A DNA stretch of 64,000 nt, from the sequence record MW735835.1. One strand, 5' to 3'. Under the pieces are notes generated by a model. It did not search any database and had not been told where the DNA came from. It saw nothing but the letters and a program-made list of their open reading frames with translations. Shown in pieces: positions 26,178 through 35,679 of the stretch. The DNA comes from Pseudomonas phage pPa_SNUABM_DT01. Within the stretch, counting starts at the first letter, position 1. Each line of letters starts with the position of its first letter. The position numbers and the translations under genes were made by a program.

Positions 26178-27748
26178 TCCTGCCAGAGCGGCGGCCAGAC
26201 CTGCTGCCAGACACTGTTCACGGAGGCGTACAGACGGCCACCGGCGTTCAGCAGGGCAATGGTCGGATCGCTACCCAGGTTCGGGTCATTAGCCCCCGGA
26301 GCAGCGAAGCCGGTCCAGGTAGCCGGCCACAGTTGGCGCCAGGCACCAGAGATGTAACCTTGCAGGGTGCTACCCACTACACGAAGCGAGGTGTTCTGCG
26401 AGACGTTGATCTTCACATAACGCGAATCGTGGTCACCCGACTGCACGTGATCGTACATCCCGCCTGCGGTGAGCAGGTAGGCATCGGAGTTCAGCGTACG
26501 GGAACGAGTGATGGCGTTCGGCAGGTTGCCGAGGCCCACTTGTGCCTTGGTCGTTTGGTGCGGGTTGTTGAGGTTGGACACGTGGGAGTTGATCAGGTTA
26601 CCGGCGATTGCGTCGATGGCCTGCTTGGTCCGCAGAGGTGTCATGAACCGGTCATTGAGAACACCGGCTACCGCTTCGGCTTGGGTGGCGGTCTGGAAGT
26701 TGTCTACCAGGCCCAGGCCCACCTGTGCTTTCGTGGTGTTGTGCGGGTTGTTCTTATCGTTGACGTGGTTCTGGATGAGGGTACCGGCGTGGACCATGAT
26801 GGCCTGGTAAGTGCGCTGCGGCGTCATGAACGCGTTAGCAGCAGTACCGGCTTCGGCTTGAGCCTGGGTCGCTGTCGGGAAGTTGTCCACGCTACCGAGC
26901 CCGACTTGGGCCTTGGTGGTATTGTGGGGGTTGTTCTTGTCCGCGATGTGCGTGTCGACGGCTTCATTGGCCAGACGAGCAGCAAGCACTGCCACCAGAC
27001 TCGGGGTCATGTACTTGTTGTTCACGACACCGGCCAGCGCTTCTGCGTTGGTGGCGATACCGTAGTTCTCGACCGAACCCAACCCTACCTGCGCCTTGGT
27101 GGTGCGGTGTGGGTTGTTGAAGTCGTTCAGGTGCGCATCGACTTTGTCATCCAGAGCATCGATGTTCGCCTGGAGCTGGTCACGGATGAATTGCATCTGT
27201 TGACGCAGTTCGTCGTGAGACGCCTCATCACCCACCAGGATGGCATTGGTGATGCGTTCCAGCTGCCATACGACGTATTCCCAGCCATAGCTGTCGCCGA
27301 TGTCGTGGATGTGCGGAGCCGGCGGGTAAGCCGTCGGACGACCGATGATCGAACCCCACTTGATGGGGCGTTCATCGAGGTCCAGCTCAGCGATGAGGTC
27401 AGCCAGGGCACCCAGGTTCCAGGAGTACTCGCCACCGACGACTTGGTAGTCCATGCGGACTGCAACCGGGGCTTGTACCTTCAGAACGACGGCACACTGC
27501 ACGTCCTTGCCGCTGCGCAGAGAAGCTTGAGCGAATGGTTGAGCGAGCACGTAGTCGTCGACCGGAATCAACGGCTCACCGGTGTCGTCGTTGACCAGGA
27601 CCATGCTCTCAGTGTAGAACGGGCCAGCCTTGGGAACGAAGACCCGCTCGTTGTTGGCGGAGATCTCTCGGCGTTCCCCGACGATCTTGTTCGTCGGCGA
27701 GGTACCCTTGAGATCAAGAGGGTACTGAATGATCGGTGGTACTGGCAT
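26174..27748 (-). CDS. Tail fibre protein (524 aa) with four tandem ~47-aa repeats
   Basis: Repeats of the form NNPHxTTKAQVGLGxVxNFxTATxAxAxAGxxxxxFMTPxRTxQAI occur four times. The N-terminal ~100 aa are homologous to the N-terminus of the adjacent 797-aa fibre. Confidence 0.75.
   Translation of the reverse strand: MPVPPIIQYPLDLKGTSPTNKIVGERREISANNERVFVPKAGPFYTESMVLVNDDTGEPLIPVDDYVLAQPFAQASLRSGKDVQCAVVLKVQAPVAVRMDYQVVGGEYSWNLGALADLIAELDLDERPIKWGSIIGRPTAYPPAPHIHDIGDSYGWEYVVWQLERITNAILVGDEASHDELRQQMQFIRDQLQANIDALDDKVDAHLNDFNNPHRTTKAQVGLGSVENYGIATNAEALAGVVNNKYMTPSLVAVLAARLANEAVDTHIADKNNPHNTTKAQVGLGSVDNFPTATQAQAEAGTAANAFMTPQRTYQAIMVHAGTLIQNHVNDKNNPHNTTKAQVGLGLVDNFQTATQAEAVAGVLNDRFMTPLRTKQAIDAIAGNLINSHVSNLNNPHQTTKAQVGLGNLPNAITRSRTLNSDAYLLTAGGMYDHVQSGDHDSRYVKINVSQNTSLRVVGSTLQGYISGAWRQLWPATWTGFAAPGANDPNLGSDPTIALLNAGGRLYASVNSVWQQVWPPLWQD
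26520..27140 (-). repeat. Coding tandem repeat (~141-bp units) in the 524-aa fibre gene
   Basis: Four repeat units read from the translation. The same units appear as look-alike antisense ORFs in the six-frame track (26508-26810, 26883-27065). Confidence 0.7.
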
Positions 27749-27784
27749 GGATTACTCCATTTCCTAAAAGGGGATCGAATAATG

Positions 27785-27810
27785 ACACGCTCCGCCGAAA
27801 CGGAGCGTGT
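27785..27810 (-). terminator. Perfect hairpin ACACGCTCCG-ccgaaa-CGGAGCGTGT between the two fibre genes
   Basis: A 10-bp inverted repeat. On the minus-strand transcript it is followed by a short U-rich run before the RBS/ATG of the 524-aa fibre gene. Confidence 0.55.
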
Positions 27811-27816
27811 TCATGG

Positions 27817-30210
27817 TCAGGCGAACAGGTTGGTCATCGCGTTATCGATAACCGAGATCAGCCCATCGCAGAGCAGACCAATGTCGTTGTCCACCTTGGC
27901 CGCGGTCGATTTCGGAGTCATGTACAGGTTGGTCGCAGTGCCAGTTACAGCTTGAGCGTCAGTCGCCGTACCGTAGTTGTTGACGCTGCCGAGGCCCACC
28001 TGAGCCTTCGTCACTTGCATCGGGTTGTCCCGACGGGCAATGAAGGTTTGCAGGGCTTCGATATCTGCCGAACCGTCAGCGATGACTTCCGGGTACACGA
28101 TGCCAGCAGGTTCTACACGGATCAGATCCGCGACATCTTCCCACACGGGGTATTCAGCCCCAACGAACCGCTTGAAGGACAGTTCGGTGATGGTCAGACG
28201 GTTACGCGAACCGGTGGACTTCAGCCACACTTCCATGATCGCATCGGTACCGGTGCCCACAGCCAGCACACCGATCTCGATGGGCTTGTCGGCAGGCGAC
28301 AGATGCTTGACCGAGGCACCCTTGAGCACCATCAGGAACGGACCAGCGCCATCGATGTTGTCGTACACCGCACCGATCTCTACCAGCACCGTGTGGTGTT
28401 TGAAATCACCGAGGCTATCGTCGTCACGACCACCGCTGATCAACAGGGTCAGGTCAGCAGTCAGGTCTTCAGCAGTGTTGCTGAAATGACCCAGCTTGAC
28501 CCAGTTCGTTGGCGCCTGGACTTCGTTGCCCACGTCATCGAACAGCTGCGGCATCGGCGGTACATCCCACTGGATGGAACTGCCTTCCACGGCCGTGGCC
28601 ATGTCTGCCTTAACCTGAGCGTAGGTCTTGCCGTCGAACTTGCTGGTGTCGGCCGCTTTACCGGTCAGGATGTCGGTTTTGGCTTCGAGGTAGGTCTTAC
28701 CTTCGAACTTCAGCGCGTTACCCGCAGTCTGGGTGGCCAGCCAAGCGATCATCTCTGCCTGACTCATGCCGTAGACACGGTTGGAGTTGGCAGCGGTGTC
28801 GTTCAGCCCGATCTTGTCCTCGAGGAGGGTATCGATCTCTTGCTCGGTGTACGTGCCGACCTGTGCAGCGGTCACCCGGTGTGGGTTGGTGTAGTCGGTC
28901 ACGTGAGCATTGGAGCTGTCACCCACAAGTTCGTTGATCGCATAACGCACCTGGAGCGGGGTCATGTAACGATCGTTGGCAGTGGCTGCCCGAGACTCGG
29001 CTTCCGTAGCGATGCCGTAGTTCTGAACGAGGCCCAGACCTACTTGTGCTTTGGTAGTGCCGTGTGGGTTGTTGAAGTTGTTGACGTGATCGCTCACGCC
29101 CGAACCAACGGTCTGGCTCAGCACCAGCGCCAGCAGACGCGGGGTGATGATGCCGGAGTCATCCACGCCCGACAGGGCCGCAGAGTCACTGGCAACGGGG
29201 ATGTTCGGGACGTTACCCAGACCTACCTGAGCCTTGGTCGTTTGGTGCGGGTTGTTCTTATCGGCAACGTGAGCATCGAAGGCATTGCCAATGATGGCGA
29301 CGATGGCCTCACGGACACGAACCGGGGTCATGTAACGGGCAGCGGATGCACCGGCCTCGGCTTCTGCCTGAGTGGCGATCGCGTAGTTCTGCACGTTACC
29401 CAGGCCGACCTGAGTCTTGGTGACCTGGTGAGGATTGTTCATGTCGGCCATGTGCAGGTTGAGGTTTGCCTGCGCGGTCGCATCGATCAGCTGCTTGACG
29501 CGCAGCGGCGTCATGAAGCGATTGTTCGCTGTACCGGTGGTCGCTTCACCAACGGTAGCCGTCGGGAAGTTATCGACCAGACCCAGACCCACTTGGGCCT
29601 TGGTCACATCGTGCGGGTTACTCTTGTCCGCCAAGTGGTCAGCCAGGCCGCCAGCGTTCTTCATCAGAATCGCTTGTTCGATGTCACCCAGTTCGTCGAC
29701 CACTTCCGACATGCCGACGAAATCGTCGATATTGAAGTCGTGGTTGACCACCGGGAACTGATGCGGCAATTCGACGACCTGTTCCCAGGTGCCGATACGC
29801 GGGTTGAAGGCGACGTTGAGCAGCAGCTCGCTGTACTTCTGATCATCGAGCACCCACTCGCCGCCGATGTTCTGGTATTCCATCCGCAGCTGACCGGCCA
29901 AGTTGCGGTCATAGAACGTGATGGCACCGTAGACGGGCAGTCCAATGGTATGCGATGCGTGAGCGAAGTGGTAACCGAAGTTATAGTGCACGCCCTCTTC
30001 GAGGGCCTGACCTAGTGCCGGATTGTTGGTGTTGGCTCCAGCCGGATAGAGGCGGAGTTTAACGCTTTCGGCATAAAACGGGCCACTGCGCGGAATGATG
30101 TAATAATGGTCGAACATCCCACGAGATTGGATCTGTTGGGTTTCGACCACCTTATTCGTCGCCGCAGTCCCCGTCGGATCGAAAGGGTATTGTGGAAGGA
30201 CAGTACTCAT
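27817..30210 (-). CDS. Tail fibre protein (797 aa) with at least six copies of the same ~47-aa repeat
   Basis: Repeats of the form KSNPHDVTKAQVGLGLVDNFPTAT... occur five times in tandem plus a degenerate copy, and a distal copy DNPMQVTKAQVGLGSVNNYGTAT lies near the C-terminus. The N-terminus is paralogous to the 524-aa fibre. Confidence 0.75.
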   Translation of the reverse strand: MSTVLPQYPFDPTGTAATNKVVETQQIQSRGMFDHYYIIPRSGPFYAESVKLRLYPAGANTNNPALGQALEEGVHYNFGYHFAHASHTIGLPVYGAITFYDRNLAGQLRMEYQNIGGEWVLDDQKYSELLLNVAFNPRIGTWEQVVELPHQFPVVNHDFNIDDFVGMSEVVDELGDIEQAILMKNAGGLADHLADKSNPHDVTKAQVGLGLVDNFPTATVGEATTGTANNRFMTPLRVKQLIDATAQANLNLHMADMNNPHQVTKTQVGLGNVQNYAIATQAEAEAGASAARYMTPVRVREAIVAIIGNAFDAHVADKNNPHQTTKAQVGLGNVPNIPVASDSAALSGVDDSGIITPRLLALVLSQTVGSGVSDHVNNFNNPHGTTKAQVGLGLVQNYGIATEAESRAATANDRYMTPLQVRYAINELVGDSSNAHVTDYTNPHRVTAAQVGTYTEQEIDTLLEDKIGLNDTAANSNRVYGMSQAEMIAWLATQTAGNALKFEGKTYLEAKTDILTGKAADTSKFDGKTYAQVKADMATAVEGSSIQWDVPPMPQLFDDVGNEVQAPTNWVKLGHFSNTAEDLTADLTLLISGGRDDDSLGDFKHHTVLVEIGAVYDNIDGAGPFLMVLKGASVKHLSPADKPIEIGVLAVGTGTDAIMEVWLKSTGSRNRLTITELSFKRFVGAEYPVWEDVADLIRVEPAGIVYPEVIADGSADIEALQTFIARRDNPMQVTKAQVGLGSVNNYGTATDAQAVTGTATNLYMTPKSTAAKVDNDIGLLCDGLISVIDNAMTNLFA
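28833..29643 (-). repeat. Coding tandem repeat array in the 797-aa fibre gene
   Basis: Same repeat family as 26520-27140. A look-alike antisense ORF lies at 29435-29761. Confidence 0.7.
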
Positions 30211-30352
30211 TTAAGCTCTCCGTGGGGGAACTCCATCGGTTTCAAATAGCCGCGTGGAAGGCCTCGAAATCTGAGTCATTCTTTAAAAACAAAGTCTGTT
30301 TAATATTGGATATCAAACAACTGGCATACCATTATCGTGGGAGACTCGATAA

Positions 30353-31654
30353 ATGTACGAATACCAAGGCGCTTTGGTCAAGCACCGTAAGCCTGACGTC
30401 CGCTTTGAAGAAAAGGACGTGAAGGATATCGCGGTCAAGACCCTCCTGCGTGATTATGCCGAGGTCTACCTCACCCTGACTCATCCGAGTCTGGAAGGGA
30501 AACACACCCTCGTGTTGACCGAAGTGGCAGACCGGACAGGCAGCCTTCTCGAAACCACCACCGTAGCGCAGTGGTTGGTCGATAACGGCAATCTGACCCT
30601 GCCCACGCACGAAGGAATCCCATTCACCAAGACCAGTGTCGTCATGGCGCGTGATGCCTGGATGGCAGGGTATCGGGTGGATCGCTGCATCCCCAATGGT
30701 TCTCCGTTCAACGACGCCATTGACTCGGACAAGACCGACATCTGGCTGACTCGCGACGACACCGACTACGTGGATGTCCAACGCCACTGCTTGGGCACAG
30801 TCAACGGCCTGTTCCACCGGGTGGATGCAGACAACGATGGCGTCTACCTGAAAGACGGCGGTATCACGTTCCGTAAAACCCAGAACGCGCTGGTCGGTCT
30901 GGTGAGTTTCAAGAACATCGGTCGAGTGCACACTGCCAGCATCACGCCGGACATGGTGTACAACCCCGACATCACCAAGCGTTACTCGGACAACTTCTAC
31001 CTGAAGGTCCCGTTCGACACCAGCAACAAGGTAATGGGCATCGTGATCGGTGGTTACCTGCATCTGCACACCAACGACATCCAAGTCATCGGCGGCAATG
31101 CGATGAAGGTACGCATGAACAAGATCCCGTTCCTGGATCGTTACATGGTTTCGCGCTACCTGATCGACCAGTCGTCTATGGAACGCTTCCACGAGGTGTC
31201 GGCCACCAACGAATTGGACTATGACCTGCAAGGGTTCCTGTCCAATGAATGCATGTTGGAACTGTTGACCCTGAGTCAGTCGTTCATCGTTGGTATCGAA
31301 GTGGATCATCTGACCACCAAGGTGTTCCAGACCTCGCGCACTCATCTGCCGGGTCGGTTCTACCATGACCAACGTCCCCTGCTGCCGCTGCGTACCCAAC
31401 TGGGCCTGATGCCCTCGTACATCAGTGAAGAAGAGAACGGTGTCTGGGTTATCCGGGTGGACAACAACCTGCAACAACACCGCTTCATGAACACCCGTGA
31501 TTACAGCCTCCAACCCAAGGTCGATGAGAAACGCATCTCCTCGGAACCGGAGACGCTGGCCCGCGGCGAACTCGTACAGTGGGCAACCCACACGGTCGAG
31601 ATCAAGGTTCCTGAAGTGCAAGTCCCGGCAGACATCCTGCCAATCGTGCCCTAA
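30353..31654 (+). CDS. Hypothetical protein (433 aa), possibly baseplate/tail-associated by position
   Basis: A clean ORF with a divergent AT-rich 142-bp region upstream. A hairpin terminator follows at 31662-31686. Confidence 0.7.
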   Translation: MYEYQGALVKHRKPDVRFEEKDVKDIAVKTLLRDYAEVYLTLTHPSLEGKHTLVLTEVADRTGSLLETTTVAQWLVDNGNLTLPTHEGIPFTKTSVVMARDAWMAGYRVDRCIPNGSPFNDAIDSDKTDIWLTRDDTDYVDVQRHCLGTVNGLFHRVDADNDGVYLKDGGITFRKTQNALVGLVSFKNIGRVHTASITPDMVYNPDITKRYSDNFYLKVPFDTSNKVMGIVIGGYLHLHTNDIQVIGGNAMKVRMNKIPFLDRYMVSRYLIDQSSMERFHEVSATNELDYDLQGFLSNECMLELLTLSQSFIVGIEVDHLTTKVFQTSRTHLPGRFYHDQRPLLPLRTQLGLMPSYISEEENGVWVIRVDNNLQQHRFMNTRDYSLQPKVDEKRISSEPETLARGELVQWATHTVEIKVPEVQVPADILPIVP

Positions 31655-31661
31655 CGGCAAA

Positions 31662-31686
31662 AGAGGAGGGCCAGTGGCCCTCCTCT
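31662..31686. terminator. Hairpin AGAGGAGGGCC-agt-GGCCCTCCTCT between convergent genes
   Basis: An 11-bp GC stem lying 8 nt after the stop of the 30353-31654 gene and 9 nt before the stop of the minus-strand PAAR-like gene. Confidence 0.55.
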
Positions 31687-31694
31687 ATGCTGTC

Positions 31695-31958
31695 TTACGG
31701 GATGTCCATATCACTGGAGCCTGTGGCTCCGTGGCCGCACGAGGCGACGCTTCCGACCCGAGTCACGGGAATGCCATTGATCGTCATCCAAGGACTTGCT
31801 GTGGAGATTACAGGGGCGTTGTGAGGGGGTTGTCCGTGGCCACTGACGCCATCACCCAGCAACGAGATGGGTTTACCGTTCCAGGTCCAATTGGGAGCGC
31901 CTGGTCCAGTGATCACAGCGCCAGCAGAGTCGGCTCCGACTAACGATACGATGCCCAT
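31695..31958 (-). CDS. PAAR-like spike-tip protein (87 aa); the true gene is the 3' part of the track's 207-aa ORF
   Basis: The internal ATG at 31958-31956 overlaps the TGA of the upstream gene (ATGA). The translation is MGIVSLVGADSAGAVITGPGAPNWTWNGKPISLLGDGVSGHGQPPHNAPVISTASPWMTINGIPVTRVGSVASCGHGATGSSDMDIP. The ...INGxPxxRxGDxxxCGH... layout is typical of PAAR domains. Confidence 0.55.
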   Translation of the reverse strand: MGIVSLVGADSAGAVITGPGAPNWTWNGKPISLLGDGVSGHGQPPHNAPVISTASPWMTINGIPVTRVGSVASCGHGATGSSDMDIP

Positions 31959-32755
31959 CAGCTCATCCCTTTGAAGGTTGGCGTTACGAGAGTGGTGCCG
32001 CTCGCTTCCAAGGTGAAGACACTGCCTCCACCATTCAAAGTGATCTTCATCGCCTTGACATCGACGTTCTGATCGGCCTTGAGGAATATGTTCTGCGGAG
32101 CGTACCCGTTGATGTTGCGCTTGTTCAGCTCGAAGAATGTGCCCAGTTGGTTCATCAACTTGATGTGCACGTCCTTGGAATTGATGAAGCCGTAGTTGCC
32201 GAGGTTGTCCTGCGCGACGATCTTGCCATTGCCAGCGTCGATCTGAAGATCGTAGGTACAGTACTCGCCATTCATCTGGCTGGTGCTGATCGTGATGGTC
32301 TTGGAGTGGCTGGACCATTCGATGAAGTACATGTGTTCCGGGTCATCACCGGCCTGTTCCACCGCAGGGTTGGCATTGATGCCGAAGACTACGGTTTCCA
32401 GACGACGCAGGTTCTCATCGAGGTTCTGACAGCGCCAGTAGTACTTGTCGTTGCTACCGAATTGGTACAGGTCGATTCGTTCACCCCGACGTACGTTCGG
32501 CGGGGTCTTGCGGTTACCTTCTGGCAACCAGATGGCTGGGACAGTCTGCCCGACAAAGCTCTGACCAGCGGTTTCTTTACCTTCCAGGTTCTGGCCTTGG
32601 TACTCCAGGGTATCTACGCGATCGACGGTCTCGCCGTCTTGGAACCCCAGCTTCTCGTGGGAGTTGACCATGAGTTCGCGTGAACCCATCTTGAGGTTCT
32701 CGGCAGCAGTGCCGATGGCAACCCGCCGGAACATACTGACACCGTTATCGAACAT
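31958..32755 (-). CDS. Hypothetical protein (265 aa) translationally coupled to the PAAR-like gene; candidate baseplate hub/spike component
   Basis: The stop overlaps the PAAR-like start. Composition is beta-rich. Assigned by position next to PAAR and near the tail fibres. Confidence 0.6.
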   Translation of the reverse strand: MFDNGVSMFRRVAIGTAAENLKMGSRELMVNSHEKLGFQDGETVDRVDTLEYQGQNLEGKETAGQSFVGQTVPAIWLPEGNRKTPPNVRRGERIDLYQFGSNDKYYWRCQNLDENLRRLETVVFGINANPAVEQAGDDPEHMYFIEWSSHSKTITISTSQMNGEYCTYDLQIDAGNGKIVAQDNLGNYGFINSKDVHIKLMNQLGTFFELNKRNINGYAPQNIFLKADQNVDVKAMKITLNGGGSVFTLEASGTTLVTPTFKGMS

Positions 32756-32820
32756 AACAACCTCTTGTTTAACAAAACAGTACGGACCTATCCTACAGAA
32801 TTAGGGGAAGGACTCTATCA

Positions 32821-35289
32821 ATGTTTATCTCTGAGTTAGTCTTGCACAGGTGCAGACGCTTTTATCTGAAGGGGATTGAGACGCTCAAGATAGACCCGTC
32901 CTTGAAAACTCAGATCATCCTGGGTACCAACGGATCGGGCAAGTCGAGCTTGCTCAAGATCGGTTTCACTGTGCTCCCTGCTGATGCACGAGACTTCCTG
33001 AAAGGGGGGTATAAGTACATCAAGGTGCTGCACAATGGCCGAGTGTACGAACTCAAGAACAGCTTCGAAGGTAAATCGCCTACCCACAGTTTCATTGTGG
33101 ACGGTGAGGAACTGAACGAAGGCATGACCGGTGCGGTACAACGCGAACTGGTCCGTGAGCACTTTGGCATGACTCAGGAACTGCACCAGGTTCTGTCTGG
33201 TCAATTGAAGTTCACTGAGATGAACGCCATCCAGCGCCGTGAGTGGATCACCCTCTTGTCGTCTGCTGACTTCGAGTACGTGATCAAACTACATGGTCGT
33301 ATCAAGCGAGCCGTGCGCGATACCAACGCGGTCATCAAGCACCTGTCGGGTCGTCTGGTCAATGAATCGGCCAAGAAGGTCGATGAAGCCACTTTCAACA
33401 GCCTGCGTCGTCAGTCCCAAGAGGTCTACGATAAGCTGATGTCGTTGCACCAGCATTCCAAGCGTGAAGGGCTGCCGGATACGTTCGACTACTACAACCG
33501 TGAGTACCACAGCCTCTCTGCGGAGATCGAGTCCCTGCTGCACCATGCTTCTGCATTGAAGTCGGAAGTCCCGGTGATCGTCAAGGACACGGACAACGAT
33601 GCAGTCATCGCATTGAAGGACAGTCTGCGTACTCGGGTCCAGATGCTCGAAGCGGCCTTGCACGAAGTCTCCGATCGTCACCAAGAGATCGACAAGCAGT
33701 TGCACGACCTCAGCGAGCTGGAAGATGTAGACCCGGTCATGCTGGAAGAGCAGATCATGGCCTACACGGACCACTTGCTCGAACTCAAGGGAAAGTTCCG
33801 TACCAGCAGCGACAGCACCAAGTTGCCTAACCACGAGTACTGCTTCGCCACCATCCGTGAAACGATGGACCTGCTGCATGACGTGGTGATCGCAGACGCA
33901 TCTTACCTGGACCGCAATGTCCATGTGGAGAAGCAACGTGAGTTGTCCGAACTCCAGAACAACATGATGAAGGGTCAGTCCCGCATCGGTGAGCTAGAGT
34001 ACCGACTGGACCACATCCGCAACTGCGCCAGCGTGCAATGCCCGAACTGCAACCATTCTTTCAAGGAAGGGGTGTCGGGTAACGAGGAAAGTGAGATCCG
34101 GCAGTTGCTGGAGAAGGGCTATTCCTTCCGCCGCAATACGGAAGAGAAGATCGCATCGATCACGTCATGGATGCGTGAAGCTCACGCCATTGGCGAAGTG
34201 ATGTATACCCTCCAGAACCTACGGGATCATAACCCAGACCTGTCACAACTCTGGTACCTCATCACCACCAACGGTGGCTTTGAGGCAGGGCGTGCCCTGA
34301 TCCCGTTGTGCAACGACTTCATTGGTGACGTGAAGAACAACCTCGCCATCATTGAAGCCGAACGTGAACTCAAGCCGTTGTTAGAACGGCGTCAGCAATT
34401 GCAACAGGCTGATGGTTCCACGCACCTTCGGGAAGTGGCACACAGCCTGAGTGAACGGGTGGTCGATCTGAAGGGTCACCTCATCGATGCACGTGAGACC
34501 TTAAAGGAAGTCGAGGCGTTCCACGTCAAGATGACCGAATCGCGTCAGATCTCGCAAGCCGTTGAGATGGGCATGGCCCGACTGAACGAGCTGATGGACT
34601 CCATGGTCAAGTTCGTGGCCGTGGAAGAGATCGAAGCCCAGGTCAAGCGTCATCAGGTGCAGCTCGGTATGCTGGAGCAATCCCTGGCCGAAGCTGAAGT
34701 GCAGATGGGCATCGTCAATGACCTCAACCGTTCCTTGGAAGAGGCTCGGGATGAAGAGGAAGCCCTGATCGAATTGGAGAAGCTGCTGTCCCCGAAAGAC
34801 GGCATCATCGCTGAGCAGATCCTGGTCTTCATCAACACCTTCATTGGCGCCATCAACGATGTCATTGCGAAGGTGTGGGGTTACAACCTTGCACTGGACA
34901 CCTGCAACCTCGAAGAAGGTGAGCTGGATTACAAGTTCCCGATGTACATCCACAACACCGACAACATGATCGATGACATTCGCTTCGGTTCCGACAGTCA
35001 GATAGACATCGTTAACCAAGCGTTCGTCCTGGTCGTGTACCAGTTCCTGGAGCTACAGGGGTATCCTCTGTACCTCGACGAGCTGGGTCGTACCTTTGAC
35101 GAAGTGCATCGACTCAACCTGACGCTCGCGCTGAAGGACCTGATGGACGATGAGACCTACTCGCAGGTGTTCTTCATCAGTCACTCGTTCGAAAGCCAGA
35201 ACAGCTACCCCAATAGCCAGCTGGTGGTGATTGATGACTCGCATGTGTCCCTCAAACGGACATACAACGAGCATGTGGAGATCCTGTAA
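32821..35289 (+). CDS. Rad50/SbcC-like SMC-family ATPase (822 aa)
   Basis: The N-terminal Walker A is GTNGSGKSSLLK. Long coiled-coil regions are predicted. A mid-protein zinc-hook motif (RNCASVQCPNCNH, i.e. CPxC) sits near residue 405. The C-terminal Walker B/D-loop is PLYLDELGRTFDEVH. Confidence 0.8.
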   Translation: MFISELVLHRCRRFYLKGIETLKIDPSLKTQIILGTNGSGKSSLLKIGFTVLPADARDFLKGGYKYIKVLHNGRVYELKNSFEGKSPTHSFIVDGEELNEGMTGAVQRELVREHFGMTQELHQVLSGQLKFTEMNAIQRREWITLLSSADFEYVIKLHGRIKRAVRDTNAVIKHLSGRLVNESAKKVDEATFNSLRRQSQEVYDKLMSLHQHSKREGLPDTFDYYNREYHSLSAEIESLLHHASALKSEVPVIVKDTDNDAVIALKDSLRTRVQMLEAALHEVSDRHQEIDKQLHDLSELEDVDPVMLEEQIMAYTDHLLELKGKFRTSSDSTKLPNHEYCFATIRETMDLLHDVVIADASYLDRNVHVEKQRELSELQNNMMKGQSRIGELEYRLDHIRNCASVQCPNCNHSFKEGVSGNEESEIRQLLEKGYSFRRNTEEKIASITSWMREAHAIGEVMYTLQNLRDHNPDLSQLWYLITTNGGFEAGRALIPLCNDFIGDVKNNLAIIEAERELKPLLERRQQLQQADGSTHLREVAHSLSERVVDLKGHLIDARETLKEVEAFHVKMTESRQISQAVEMGMARLNELMDSMVKFVAVEEIEAQVKRHQVQLGMLEQSLAEAEVQMGIVNDLNRSLEEARDEEEALIELEKLLSPKDGIIAEQILVFINTFIGAINDVIAKVWGYNLALDTCNLEEGELDYKFPMYIHNTDNMIDDIRFGSDSQIDIVNQAFVLVVYQFLELQGYPLYLDELGRTFDEVHRLNLTLALKDLMDDETYSQVFFISHSFESQNSYPNSQLVVIDDSHVSLKRTYNEHVEIL

Positions 35290-35636
35290 TGAAAGCGCAG
35301 ATCGACAAACGCACGCTGAAGTTCTACATCGGCGCGGCAACCACTGGAGAAGGGCCGGGTAAGTGGACCTGGCCTGGACGTGACTTACCGTTCCTGTACC
35401 AGCGGGAGTGGAACATCAATTCCAGTTGCTCCATTGAGCCCGACCTCGACACCTGGAAGAAATACGGGTGTGTGGTAGCGTTCATCTATGGACAAGGCCT
35501 GCGCTTGATGAAGTTCGATGAGTTCTTCACTCACTTCGGTGAGGCTGAGGCAACGGAGATGCTTTCGAAGTCGCGTGGGACGTACCTCAAGGAGTCTAAG
35601 GACGAAATCCTCGACACCCTGGGCTGTCCTCGATGA
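35289..35636 (+). CDS. Hypothetical protein (115 aa)
   Basis: The ATG overlaps the stop of the Rad50-like gene (TAATG). It shows no Mre11/SbcD phosphoesterase motifs. Confidence 0.5.
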   Translation: MKAQIDKRTLKFYIGAATTGEGPGKWTWPGRDLPFLYQREWNINSSCSIEPDLDTWKKYGCVVAFIYGQGLRLMKFDEFFTHFGEAEATEMLSKSRGTYLKESKDEILDTLGCPR

Positions 35637-35642
35637 AGCAAA

Positions 35643-35674
35643 CATACGGGAGGGGCACTAGCCCCTCCCGTATG
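35643..35674. terminator. Hairpin CATACGGGAGGGGC-acta-GCCCCTCCCGTATG between convergent genes
   Basis: A perfect 14-bp inverted repeat belonging to the CATA...TATG hairpin family. Confidence 0.6.
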
Positions 35675-35679
35675 CTGCG

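Noticed and set aside
26333-30015. Plus-strand ORFs of 540 aa and 759 aa across the tail-fibre genes, and small repeat-derived ORFs
   Set aside because: They are antisense to the fibre genes. Their apparent internal similarity simply reflects the fibre repeats.
33289-35019. Minus-strand ORFs of 215 aa and 172 aa inside the Rad50-like gene
   Set aside because: They are antisense. The plus-strand frame has Walker A, the CPNC hook and Walker B.
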